Source: Burkholderiales bacterium
GTDB taxonomy: Bacteria > Pseudomonadota > Gammaproteobacteria > Burkholderiales > Ga0077523
Direction: 5' to 3'
DNA length: 64,000 bases
Assembly (NCBI GenBank): GCA_019747905.1
Contig: JAIEQG010000040.1
Span: 2,403 to 66,402 of the forward strand
The notes under the pieces were generated by a model. It was given only the letters and a program-made list of their open reading frames with translations. It made no database searches and had not been told where the DNA came from. Both the position numbers and the translations under genes were made by a program. Below are positions 17,731-25,779 of the stretch, in pieces. The number at the start of each line of letters is the position of its first letter. Position 1 is the stretch's first letter.

Positions 17731-18957
17731 TCAGGCCGCGGCCGTGCGTGGTGCGCCCAGCGGTGCTTCCTTGATCGGTAGGTTCACGACAGCGGCCATC
17801 AGGGCGAGCGCCATGTCGGCGTACCACATCCACGCGTAGCTGCCGGTGCCGGCGAGTGCGATGCCGCCCAGCCACGCGCCGAAGAACCCGCCGATCTGGT
17901 GCGACAACAGCGTCAGGCCGAACAGCGTGGCGAGATAGCGCATGCCGAACAGCTTGCCCACCAGCCCGGCGGTCGGCGGGACCGTGGAGAGCCACGTGAC
18001 TCCGAGCACGGCGGCAAACACGTAGAACGTCATCGGTGTCTTCGGTGCAGCGAGGTACAGGCAGATGGCGACAGCCCGCGAAGCATAGAGCCAGACCAGC
18101 AGCCATTTCATCCGGAACACGTTGCCGAGTGCGCCCGCACCGAGACTGCCGGCGATGTTCGACAGACCGATGATCGCGAGCGATGTGGCGGCGACGCTGG
18201 CCGACAGGCCGCACAGCCCCACCTCTCCGGGCAGGTGCGTCACCAGAAACGCGATGTGAAAGCCGCATGTGAAGAAGCCGGCGTGCAAGTACCAGTAGCT
18301 CTTGTCGCGAAAGGCAATGCGCAACTGAGCGCGCAGTCCGATGTCGTCCTTGGCGGCAGCTTTCGCGGCGCTCGCCACCGGTTTGCGGCGCATGATCCAC
18401 GCCATGGGTATCGTGAGAAGAGCGCTCAATGCCATCCCGAACATCGCGACGACCCAGCCGAAACCTGCAATGAGCGCCTGCACCAGCGGCGCGAACACGA
18501 ACTGGCCGAAGCTGCCGCCGGCGTTGATGAAGCCGGCCGTGAACGCGCGCCGTTCCGGCGGGAGGCGTCCTGCGGTTGCGCCGATCAGGATCGAGAAACT
18601 GCCCGCACCCGCACCGGCCGATGCGATCACTCCCATGGTGACGATCAGCATCCACTGGTTGGTCACGAGCGGCGTCAAGGCCCAGCCGAGCGCCAGCAAC
18701 AATCCACCGACGACGATGACGCGGCCTGGACCGTAGCGATCCGCCACGGCACCGAAGATCGGTTGCGAGGCGCCCCACACGAACTGCCCGATGGCGAACG
18801 CGAAGCTGATCGAGACGATGCCCATGCCGGTCGACGTGTTGAGCGGCGACATGAACAGCCCCAGCGTCTGGCGGCTGCCCATGGTGATCATCAGGATGAG
18901 GGCGGCGGTGATGACCAGCGGCCAGGTGGCGTGAGCTTTCGCGGACGATGCGTTCAT
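17731..18957 (-). CDS. MFS transporter
   Basis: Multi-TM hydrophobic protein starting MNASSAKAHATWPLVITAALILMITMGSRQTLGLF. I used ATG 18957 instead of the track's 19032. Confidence 0.85.
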   Translation of the reverse strand: MNASSAKAHATWPLVITAALILMITMGSRQTLGLFMSPLNTSTGMGIVSISFAFAIGQFVWGASQPIFGAVADRYGPGRVIVVGGLLLALGWALTPLVTNQWMLIVTMGVIASAGAGAGSFSILIGATAGRLPPERRAFTAGFINAGGSFGQFVFAPLVQALIAGFGWVVAMFGMALSALLTIPMAWIMRRKPVASAAKAAAKDDIGLRAQLRIAFRDKSYWYLHAGFFTCGFHIAFLVTHLPGEVGLCGLSASVAATSLAIIGLSNIAGSLGAGALGNVFRMKWLLVWLYASRAVAICLYLAAPKTPMTFYVFAAVLGVTWLSTVPPTAGLVGKLFGMRYLATLFGLTLLSHQIGGFFGAWLGGIALAGTGSYAWMWYADMALALMAAVVNLPIKEAPLGAPRTAAA

Positions 18958-18979
18958 GGGGGGTGTATCCGTTGGGAAG

Positions 18980-20362
18980 TCAGCGGCGTGCGAACCATAC
19001 GCCGGAGCGGATGGCCATGGCGAGGGAGGCACCGTAGATCACCAATGCCACCGACAGTGCGGCAAACAGTGCGTGCACGGAGCCCGTGAGGCGCAGAGCC
19101 AGCCAGCCGCCGCCGATCGCCACGACGAGTCGCATGAAGCCGCTCAGCAGCGGCCACGCGAGGCGCCCGGCACCTTGCGACGCGAAGTACAGCGACAGTC
19201 CGAGGCCGAAGAACCCGAACGTCGGCCCCACCAAGCGCAGATAGGCGGCACCGGTCTCGATCATCACCGGATCGCTATCGAACAGTTCCAGCCATGCGTG
19301 CGGCCAGATCGCAGCGGCGAGGCCCACGGCCTCGGTTGCCGCGAAGGCGATGGCACCGCCGGTCAATGCGATGCTCAGCGCCCGCTCGCGTTGGCCGGCA
19401 CCGATGTTGGTGCCGACCAGTGCGACCAGCGGCGCACCGAGACCGAATACCAGGGGTATCAGCAGATACTCGAGCCGCGAAGCGGTGCCGTAGCCCGCGA
19501 CCGCTTCCGGCCCCATCGCCGCACCCACGAGTGCCGTGGTGAGGACGAACACGAGCGTCGTCTGCAGCGTACTGACCGAGCCGACGGCGCCGACGCGCAG
19601 GATGTCGACGAAGAACGCCGAGTGCAAACGGCACAGGCGCGGCCTCACGACAGCCCGTCCGGTCCACAGGTACCACGCCATGATCGACGTGCTGAGAGCC
19701 AGCGTGATGACGACGGCGTACCCACCGCCGGCGATGCCCATGCCCGGCACCGGACCCCAGCCGAAGATGAGCACGGGCGACAACGGCACCAGCACTATGA
19801 AACCCACGCAGATGGCGACCGACGGCACCAGCATGTTGCCGGTGCCACGCAGCACGCTGGCGAGCGCATTCAGCAGCCACACCAGCCACGCGCAGGCGAA
19901 CACCACGTTCGAGTATTCGAGCGCTGCGTCGAGCGAGGCGCCGGTGCCGCCCATCGCGGCGTACAGCGGCCGGCCGAAGGCCAGCACCAACACCGAGAAC
20001 AGCAGCCCGAGCAGGACGTTGATGACGATCGCGTGCAACACCAAGGCATCGGCATCGGCACGCCGACCTGCGCCGAGAGCCCGTGCGACCGCCGACGAAA
20101 TACCGCCCCCCACCGCGCCGCCGGAGAGCATCTGCATCATCATGTAACCGGGAAAAACCAGCGCCATGCCGGTCAGCGCATCGGTGCCCAGGCGCGACAC
20201 GAACCAGGTTTCCACGAGACCGGTGGAGGCTTGCGCCAGCATGACCACGATGTTCGGCCAGGCGAGCATGAGCAACGTGGGCACGATCCGTCCTTCCAGG
20301 AGAAGGCGGGTGCGCGGGTTCATCGCGGCGCGGTCCGCCGCGGTGGCGGCAAGGGTGCTCAC
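18980..20362 (-). CDS. MATE-family efflux transporter
   Basis: LLLEGRIVPTLLMLAWPNIVVMLAQ... N-terminus typical of MATE/NorM proteins, with 12 predicted TM-like segments. GTG 20362 overlaps the HxlR-family gene stop (GTGA). ATG 20323 is an alternative start. Confidence 0.85.
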   Translation of the reverse strand: MSTLAATAADRAAMNPRTRLLLEGRIVPTLLMLAWPNIVVMLAQASTGLVETWFVSRLGTDALTGMALVFPGYMMMQMLSGGAVGGGISSAVARALGAGRRADADALVLHAIVINVLLGLLFSVLVLAFGRPLYAAMGGTGASLDAALEYSNVVFACAWLVWLLNALASVLRGTGNMLVPSVAICVGFIVLVPLSPVLIFGWGPVPGMGIAGGGYAVVITLALSTSIMAWYLWTGRAVVRPRLCRLHSAFFVDILRVGAVGSVSTLQTTLVFVLTTALVGAAMGPEAVAGYGTASRLEYLLIPLVFGLGAPLVALVGTNIGAGQRERALSIALTGGAIAFAATEAVGLAAAIWPHAWLELFDSDPVMIETGAAYLRLVGPTFGFFGLGLSLYFASQGAGRLAWPLLSGFMRLVVAIGGGWLALRLTGSVHALFAALSVALVIYGASLAMAIRSGVWFARR

Positions 20363-20898
20363 GATGCGGCGCGCGCCTTGACCCTCCGGCGCGCGGGCAG
20401 CCGGCGCGCGGCACCCCATTCGCTCATGGCAAGCTTGGCGCTGGTGCGTTCGGTGGCGGCGGGGCCCGGTGCAACCAGGAATTCGGTGTCGGTGAGCGGC
20501 CGTTTGCTGTTGCGATCGACGAATACGGGGTCGGCCGGCTTGCCGGTGCGCGCATTGAGCAGCATCACGCTGGCACCTTCGGGGGCGAAATGTCGGTTGC
20601 CCCAGGCGGTCATCGCGATGATCACCGAACGGAAATCGCGCCCGCGCTCGGTCAGCACGTATTCGTAGCGCGGCGGCCGGTCGCTGTATTGCCGCCGCTC
20701 GAGCATGCCCGCCTTGACCAACGCGCCGAGGCGGCGCGTGAGCATGTTGGGCGCGATGCCCAGGCTTTCCTGAAACTGGTCGAAGCGCGTCAACCCGTGC
20801 AGGGCGTCGCGGATGATGAGGATGCTCCACCACTCGCCGACGCGTTCGAGGCCGCGGGCGATGGGGCACTGCATCTTGCCGAGGTTCTTGTGGCGCAT
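20359..20898 (-). CDS. HxlR-family winged-helix transcriptional regulator
   Basis: CPIARGLERVGEWWSILIIRDALHGLTRFDQFQESLGIAPNMLTRRLGALVKAGMLERRQY is a canonical HxlR (PF01638-type) core. About 70 extra residues follow at the C-terminus. Confidence 0.85.
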   Translation of the reverse strand: MRHKNLGKMQCPIARGLERVGEWWSILIIRDALHGLTRFDQFQESLGIAPNMLTRRLGALVKAGMLERRQYSDRPPRYEYVLTERGRDFRSVIIAMTAWGNRHFAPEGASVMLLNARTGKPADPVFVDRNSKRPLTDTEFLVAPGPAATERTSAKLAMSEWGAARRLPARRRVKARAAS

Positions 20899-20918
20899 CG
20901 TCGCACCATAAACCAGTT

Positions 20919-20935
20919 ACTTGCATAATGCAAGT
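20919..20935. promoter_or_regulatory. Perfect palindrome ACTTGCAT-A-ATGCAAGT, candidate HxlR-family operator
   Basis: 8-bp arms around one central base, flanked by direct AGTTACT repeats. It lies 21-37 nt upstream of the hxlR-like ATG (20898) in an AT-richer patch. The operator function is inferred. Confidence 0.4.
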
Positions 20936-20977
20936 TACTAGTGGCGCGAAGGCATGGCCGGGCCGTGGCCGGCCGGT

Positions 20978-22129
20978 TCAGGGCTGTGCGGCGTGCCGGC
21001 GGAGAAAGTCGAGCAGCAGCCGGGCGGTGGCTTCGGGCTGCTCCTGCTGCACCCAGTGCCCCGCGCCGTCGAGCAGATGGCATTCCTGCATGCGGGTGCA
21101 CGAGGTGCCCTGCATGCGTTCGAACTCGCCCGGAATCTGATACACGCCCCAGTCGCCTTTCCCGGAGATGAACATGGCAGGCACGTCGATGGTGCGGCCG
21201 CTGAATAGCTGCAGCTCGGCGATGTACTTCGGTGAGGTCATGCAGCGATACCACTGCAGGCCGCCCTGGAATCCGTTGCGGCGGTACTCGCTGCTGTAGA
21301 CGTCCAGTTCCGCGTCGGGCAGCCAGCGGCATGCTGCGATCTCGGCCGGGGAGGGCATTTCGGAGGCCACGGTCTCAGCCATGTTCTGCTCGAGATCCAT
21401 GACGTAATAGGTCGGCAGCTTGGCGAGTTCGGTGGCGCTCCAGGACTCGAGGCGATAGGGCTGGTTCTGCTTCCAGTCCGCACTCTTGTGGTGGTAGTAG
21501 GCACGCAGGAAGTCGTGTACCCCTTGCGGGCAACGCCACATGTCGTCGTTGGCCTCGCGCGTCGAGTAGTACCACTGGTAATGCTTGCGCGGGCGGGGTA
21601 GTGCGGCCAGGTCGTCGTGGATGGTCCGTGTCGGTGCCGGAGGCGGTGACCCGAGCGGCAGTTGCGGAGTCCCCCCGAACGGTTTGCTCATGAGGACTAC
21701 GGCCGGAAACACGTCCGGACGGACCACTGCAGCCCAGGCCGACACGATCGATCCGAAATCGTGGCCGATCACAGCAGCCACCGAGCGGTATCCAAGCGCG
21801 GCCACCAGCCCCACCGTATCGCGCAGCAGGTTCAGCATGCGAAACGATCCGAGGTCGCCGTCGTAGGTCCCGTCCCAGCCCGTGGTGCGGCCGTAGCCGC
21901 GCTGATCGGGGGCAACCACGTGGTAACCCGCAGCCGCCAGCGCCGGCATGACCTTGCGCCAGCTGTAGGCGAGTTCGGGAAAGCCGTGCAGCAGCAGGAC
22001 GAGCGGGCGTCCTGGTGTCTCGAAGCCTGCTTCGAGGATGTGAAAGGTCAGCCCGTTGACGTCGGGGATGAGGCGGGAGCGGAGCGTTGCCGGAAGTGGT
22101 AGCGGGGCAAGGGGCGTGGGTGAGGTCAC
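20978..22129 (-). CDS. Alpha/beta hydrolase, epoxide-hydrolase-like
   Basis: HGFPELAYSWRKV and the nucleophile-Asp elbow IGHDFGS, plus a lid with YY residues. 383 aa. Confidence 0.85.
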   Translation of the reverse strand: MTSPTPLAPLPLPATLRSRLIPDVNGLTFHILEAGFETPGRPLVLLLHGFPELAYSWRKVMPALAAAGYHVVAPDQRGYGRTTGWDGTYDGDLGSFRMLNLLRDTVGLVAALGYRSVAAVIGHDFGSIVSAWAAVVRPDVFPAVVLMSKPFGGTPQLPLGSPPPAPTRTIHDDLAALPRPRKHYQWYYSTREANDDMWRCPQGVHDFLRAYYHHKSADWKQNQPYRLESWSATELAKLPTYYVMDLEQNMAETVASEMPSPAEIAACRWLPDAELDVYSSEYRRNGFQGGLQWYRCMTSPKYIAELQLFSGRTIDVPAMFISGKGDWGVYQIPGEFERMQGTSCTRMQECHLLDGAGHWVQQEQPEATARLLLDFLRRHAAQP

Positions 22130-22193
22130 GATCGATGTCTGAGTGATGGGGCGAATGCCGTCATGTTAGCGAACGGCATCGGCGCAGGCGCTT

Positions 22194-22312
22194 GCCCCCT
22201 CCCTGACCCTCCCCCGGCACAGCCGGGGGAGGGAAGGTGCTTCGCCGTACACCCCTTCCCCCGGTGTACTCCCCTTCCCCCACCACAGGTGGGGGAAGGT
22301 CGGGATGGGGGC
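22194..22312. repeat. REP-like nested-palindrome repeat, copy B
   Basis: GCCCCCTCCCTGACC / CTCCCCCGGcacagCCGGGGGAG / extra GTACACCCCTTCCCCCGGTGTAC module / CCCCTTCCCCCACcacagGTGGGGGAAGG / TCGGGATGGGGGC. Confidence 0.85.
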
Positions 22313-22429
22313 TGCCTTTCGAAGTGCCGCCGGAAAGCGCACGCGAACTTCGAACCACGTGAAACTTCGCACCGCCCAGCGCACGCTGCGCAAGGGCGGC
22401 GACTGTCACCCCTGCATCGAAGCGATGCG

Positions 22430-22915
22430 TTACTTCAGCACGCCCTTCACGGCGTCGAGGCTCGCCTGCGCGCAGACTTCGTCCTGATCGGCGGAACCGC
22501 CGGACACACCGATGCCGCCGATGTGGGCGCCGCCTGCGGTGAAGATCGGCAGTCCGCCGGCGAAGATCGCGACGCCGGGGACCAGTTCCAGGCCCTTCAC
22601 GGACTGCGAGATTTCACCCAGCTTGCGGGTCGACACCGGCACGCGGGCCGACGTCTCGGCCTTGCTCTGGGCGATCTTCACGCTGATCAGGAACGAGCCG
22701 TCCATGCGCGAGTAGTACTTGAGGTTGCCGCCGTCATCGACGATGGCAATGACCATCTTCCAGCCTTCGGCCTTGGATTTCGCTTCGCACGCCTCGGCCA
22801 TCTGCTTGGCGGTGGCGAGAGTCAGCACGGTCTTGGAGTCCTGGGCGGCGGCGGTGCCGGCGACGGCAGCGGCGGCGCAGAGAGTGGCGATCGACAGTGT
22901 TTTTTTGAACGACAT
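22430..22915 (-). CDS. Exported GlcG/HbpS-like (DUF336) heme-binding-type protein
   Basis: Signal peptide MSFKKTLSIATLCAAAAVAGTAAAQD, then the DUF336 core (VAIVDDGGNL..., GGLPIFTAGGAHIGGIGVSGGSADQDEVCA). An RBS-like GAGAGGAAA precedes ATG 22915. Confidence 0.8.
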   Translation of the reverse strand: MSFKKTLSIATLCAAAAVAGTAAAQDSKTVLTLATAKQMAEACEAKSKAEGWKMVIAIVDDGGNLKYYSRMDGSFLISVKIAQSKAETSARVPVSTRKLGEISQSVKGLELVPGVAIFAGGLPIFTAGGAHIGGIGVSGGSADQDEVCAQASLDAVKGVLK

Positions 22916-23155
22916 GGTGGTTTCCTCTCGGGTGGTTGATCGTCGACGCGACGACGGGGTTACGAACCTGCGTCGTCGAAAAGGTTTCGCCCGCAGCGAA
23001 AATTCACCCGCCATCGACGGCGTGTGCGCTGGAGCGAGCACGCATCTTCGCTCATCGGGCGCGCATCGAGTAGCGGATCTTGCCCCTGGAGGAAGCAGGG
23101 GAATGCTGAAGCAACGGCCCGTTCTCGCTTGTGCGGGAGCGGGCCGTGACCGGGG

Positions 23156-24163
23156 CTACGTCTTGAGGAACGCGAGCAGGTCCGCGTTCAGCTGGTCCTT
23201 GGAGGTGTCGCCCAGGCTGTGAGTGCCGCCCGGGTAGATCTTCAAGGTGGCGTTCTTCACGAGCTTCGCGGACAGGAGGGCCGAGTTCTTGATCGGCACG
23301 ATCTGATCGTCGTCCCCGTGCACGATGAGCGTGGGCACGTCGAACTTCTTCAGATCCTCGGTGAAGTCCGTCTCCGAAAACGCCTTGATGCAGTCGTAGC
23401 CGTTCTTGTGGCCGCACTGCATCCCCTGGCGCCACCAGGAATTGATGAGACCCTGCGACACCTTCGCGCCCGGCCGATTGAAACCGAAGAACGGTCCGCC
23501 TGCGACGTCGTAGAAGAACTGCGAGCGATCGGCCAGATAGGCGGCGCGGAAGCCGTCGAACACTTCCATCGGCAGACCGTCGGGATAGGCTGCCGTCTTC
23601 AGCATGATCGGCGGCACGGCGCCCATCAGAACGGCCTTGGCTACCCGCTTGGTCCCGTGCCGTCCGATGTAGCGCGCCACCTCGCCGCCACCGGTGGAGT
23701 GACCGACCATCGTCGCGCCCTTCAGATCGAGCGCATCCATGAGCTCCGCCAGGTCGTCGGCGTAGTTGTCCATGTCGTTGCCGTTCCACGGCTGGCTCGA
23801 GCGGCCGTGGCCGCGACGATCGTGCGCGATGCAGCGGTAGCCGTGCGATGCGAGGAAGAACATCTGCGACTCCCAGGCATCGGAACTCAAGGGCCAGCCG
23901 TGGCTGAACACGACGGGCTGTCCCTTGCCCCAGTCCTTGTAGTAGATCTGCGTGCCGTCTCTTACGGTGATCATGTTCATGCTGTGATTGCTCCGGATGT
24001 GCCTGGAAGTGGTGTTGGTCGGTTTGTCGGTGGCGGCCTCTGCGAGCGTGGTGAGGCCAGCCGCGGCGATCGCGCCGGCGCTGCCCACCAGCATCCGGCG
24101 GCGCGCCGGTACGGCGAACGAATCGTCGGCCTGGGCATCGGTGAAGCTGTGGTCGTTCTTCAT
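23156..24163 (-). CDS. Alpha/beta hydrolase of the non-heme chloroperoxidase/arylesterase type with an N-terminal Tat-signal extension
   Basis: Core [37 protein letters not shown]...[12 protein letters not shown]. It is preceded in frame by about 85 aa that include a twin-arginine motif ([25 protein letters not shown]). GAGGAG lies upstream of ATG 24163. Confidence 0.8.
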   Translation of the reverse strand: MKNDHSFTDAQADDSFAVPARRRMLVGSAGAIAAAGLTTLAEAATDKPTNTTSRHIRSNHSMNMITVRDGTQIYYKDWGKGQPVVFSHGWPLSSDAWESQMFFLASHGYRCIAHDRRGHGRSSQPWNGNDMDNYADDLAELMDALDLKGATMVGHSTGGGEVARYIGRHGTKRVAKAVLMGAVPPIMLKTAAYPDGLPMEVFDGFRAAYLADRSQFFYDVAGGPFFGFNRPGAKVSQGLINSWWRQGMQCGHKNGYDCIKAFSETDFTEDLKKFDVPTLIVHGDDDQIVPIKNSALLSAKLVKNATLKIYPGGTHSLGDTSKDQLNADLLAFLKT

Positions 24164-24365
24164 GGAAACTCTCCTCGTGCGAAGTTGATGGGGTCGGATC
24201 ATTCCGGTGTCGGGCGTTGCGGTTGTCACTTTGTTCTTCGTGTCCGCATGCCGATTGCATCAACGTGCCGGGACGTGTATCGACGTGCTTTTTCGCGTGT
24301 GCATCGCCGTTGACTGGACGGATGAAGCGCGAAGCGGCGACTCCATCGCTGCACCCACAAAGAAA

Positions 24366-24394
24366 ACGGGCCGACCCTTCCGGTGTCGGCCCGT
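24366..24394 (-). terminator. Rho-independent terminator of the repeat-protein gene
   Basis: On the reverse strand: ACGGGCCGAC-(9 nt)-GTCGGCCCGT (10-bp GC stem) followed directly by TTTTCTTT. It begins 20 nt after the stop at 24414. Confidence 0.75.
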
Positions 24395-24413
24395 TGCGGC
24401 ACCGCGGATGTGA

Positions 24414-24857
24414 TCAGCTGCCGCTCTTGTCGGCGACGGCGCGACCGAACTTCTCGGGCTCACCCTTCGACTTGATCTCCTTGTCGGCGGCGCGTCCGAA
24501 CTTCTCCGGTTCGCCTTTCGACTTGATGGGGTCACCCTCGGCGTTGCGCTTGTAGATCGTCTTCTTCGATGGTTGGGCCATGTCGTCTGCCGCGCGCCCG
24601 AACTTCTCGGGTTCGCCCTTAGACGTGATGGTGTCGCCTTCGGCGTTGCGCTTGTAGATCTCCTTCTTCGACGGTTTGGCCATGTCGTCGGCCGCACGTC
24701 CGAATTTCTCCGGCTGGCCCTTGGACTTGATGATGTTTTCCTGCTCCGCGGCGCGGCCGTACTTCTCCGGTTCGCCCTTCGAGCGGATCGTATCGTCGGC
24801 GACCACGGAGGCGCTGATGCCCAGGGCGGCGAGGGTGAGGATGTGGGTGACTTTCAT
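24414..24857 (-). CDS. Secreted repeat protein with five SKG(E/Q)PEK(F/Y)GRA repeats; no recognised family
   Basis: A 147-aa ORF with signal peptide MKVTHILTLAALGISASVVA. It has five copies of xSKGEPEKFGRAAD and two copies of DMA(K/Q)PSKKxIYKRNAEGDxI. It has its own terminator. Confidence 0.75.
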   Translation of the reverse strand: MKVTHILTLAALGISASVVADDTIRSKGEPEKYGRAAEQENIIKSKGQPEKFGRAADDMAKPSKKEIYKRNAEGDTITSKGEPEKFGRAADDMAQPSKKTIYKRNAEGDPIKSKGEPEKFGRAADKEIKSKGEPEKFGRAVADKSGS

Positions 24858-25138
24858 GATGGGTTCCTTTCGTGCGGTGGATGGAATGGTTCGTTACACC
24901 TGCCCCCATGCGGCACGGCAGGGAGTCTTCATGGCGTCGGTGCGTAACCAGTGTGGTCGCGCACGCATCGGATCGATTGCACGAAAGTGCTGTGCCCGGT
25001 ATCTCCGTGCTATTCGAATGTCCTTGGCGTCCTTTGCATTCCGAGGCGCTCGCGCGCTTCCGTCCAGCGAGCGGCTGCAACGGCAGACGCGCCCAACTCC
25101 AAGGCGCGGCAAGGCTTCTGCTGCACTCCGGCGCGCGA

Positions 25139-25732
25139 TCAGGACGTGCGCGCGAACTCGCTGGGCGACAGGCCCGTGATACGCCGGAACGTACGCGAGA
25201 AGTGGCTCTGATCGAAGAAGCCGAGCGCGAGTGCGATCGAGCAGATGGACTGGTCGTTCTGCGCGAGCAGGGTCTTCGCCCGCTCGATGCGCATGTGCAG
25301 GAGGTGGCACATGGGGCTGGCGCCCATGCTCACCCGGAACAGTCGCGCGAAGTGCGAGCGACTCACGCAGGCGGCACGGGCAATGTCGTCGAGGCACACG
25401 TCGTCGCCGATGTGACGCTCCATGAACTCGAGGGCGCGCGCGCGGGCACCGCGGGAGAGGCCGTTCCGTTGCGTGGGTGGCCTGCCGGAGCGCGGGGCTT
25501 CGAGCGGAACCGCAGTGTCGTGCGGCAACCCCGGGTGGAAGCGTCGACCTGGAAACAGGACGCCTTCGAGCGACGTGGTGCCCGAGTTCTGGGCGAAGGA
25601 CCAGGGGGGTGTCACACCGAATCGGCTCGTGCCGTTCCTTGGTGTCCCGGTCTGGGCATCGAGATCGGATGGCGATTCGGTGAGCAGGAGCTTCGGGATC
25701 GGGTGGCAGGCATCGCGGTGATCGAGGTTCAT
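25139..25732 (-). CDS. AraC-family transcriptional regulator (short N-terminal region)
   Basis: C-terminal AraC HTH pair (LDDIARAACVSRSHFARLFR...IALALGFFDQSHFSRTFRRITGLSPSEF). ATG 25732 is preceded by GGAGGA. The track's longer ORF was trimmed. Confidence 0.8.
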   Translation of the reverse strand: MNLDHRDACHPIPKLLLTESPSDLDAQTGTPRNGTSRFGVTPPWSFAQNSGTTSLEGVLFPGRRFHPGLPHDTAVPLEAPRSGRPPTQRNGLSRGARARALEFMERHIGDDVCLDDIARAACVSRSHFARLFRVSMGASPMCHLLHMRIERAKTLLAQNDQSICSIALALGFFDQSHFSRTFRRITGLSPSEFARTS

Positions 25733-25779
25733 GATCGGGTCCTCCGGTCGGAAGATGGACGCTGAAGCGGGGTGGCGCG

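Noticed and set aside
22161-22409. Short ORFs that translate the REP-like repeats (peptides such as PIPTFPH..WGKG, GEGRGG), here and at 29861..30166 and 48804..49193. The same applies to the 397-aa extended version of the SDR gene at 48046..49239.
   Set aside because: The same peptide-like strings arise at every repeat copy in several frames, so they come from the palindromic repeat and are not genes. The only repeat I accept as translated is the one nested in the 29550..31001 ORF.
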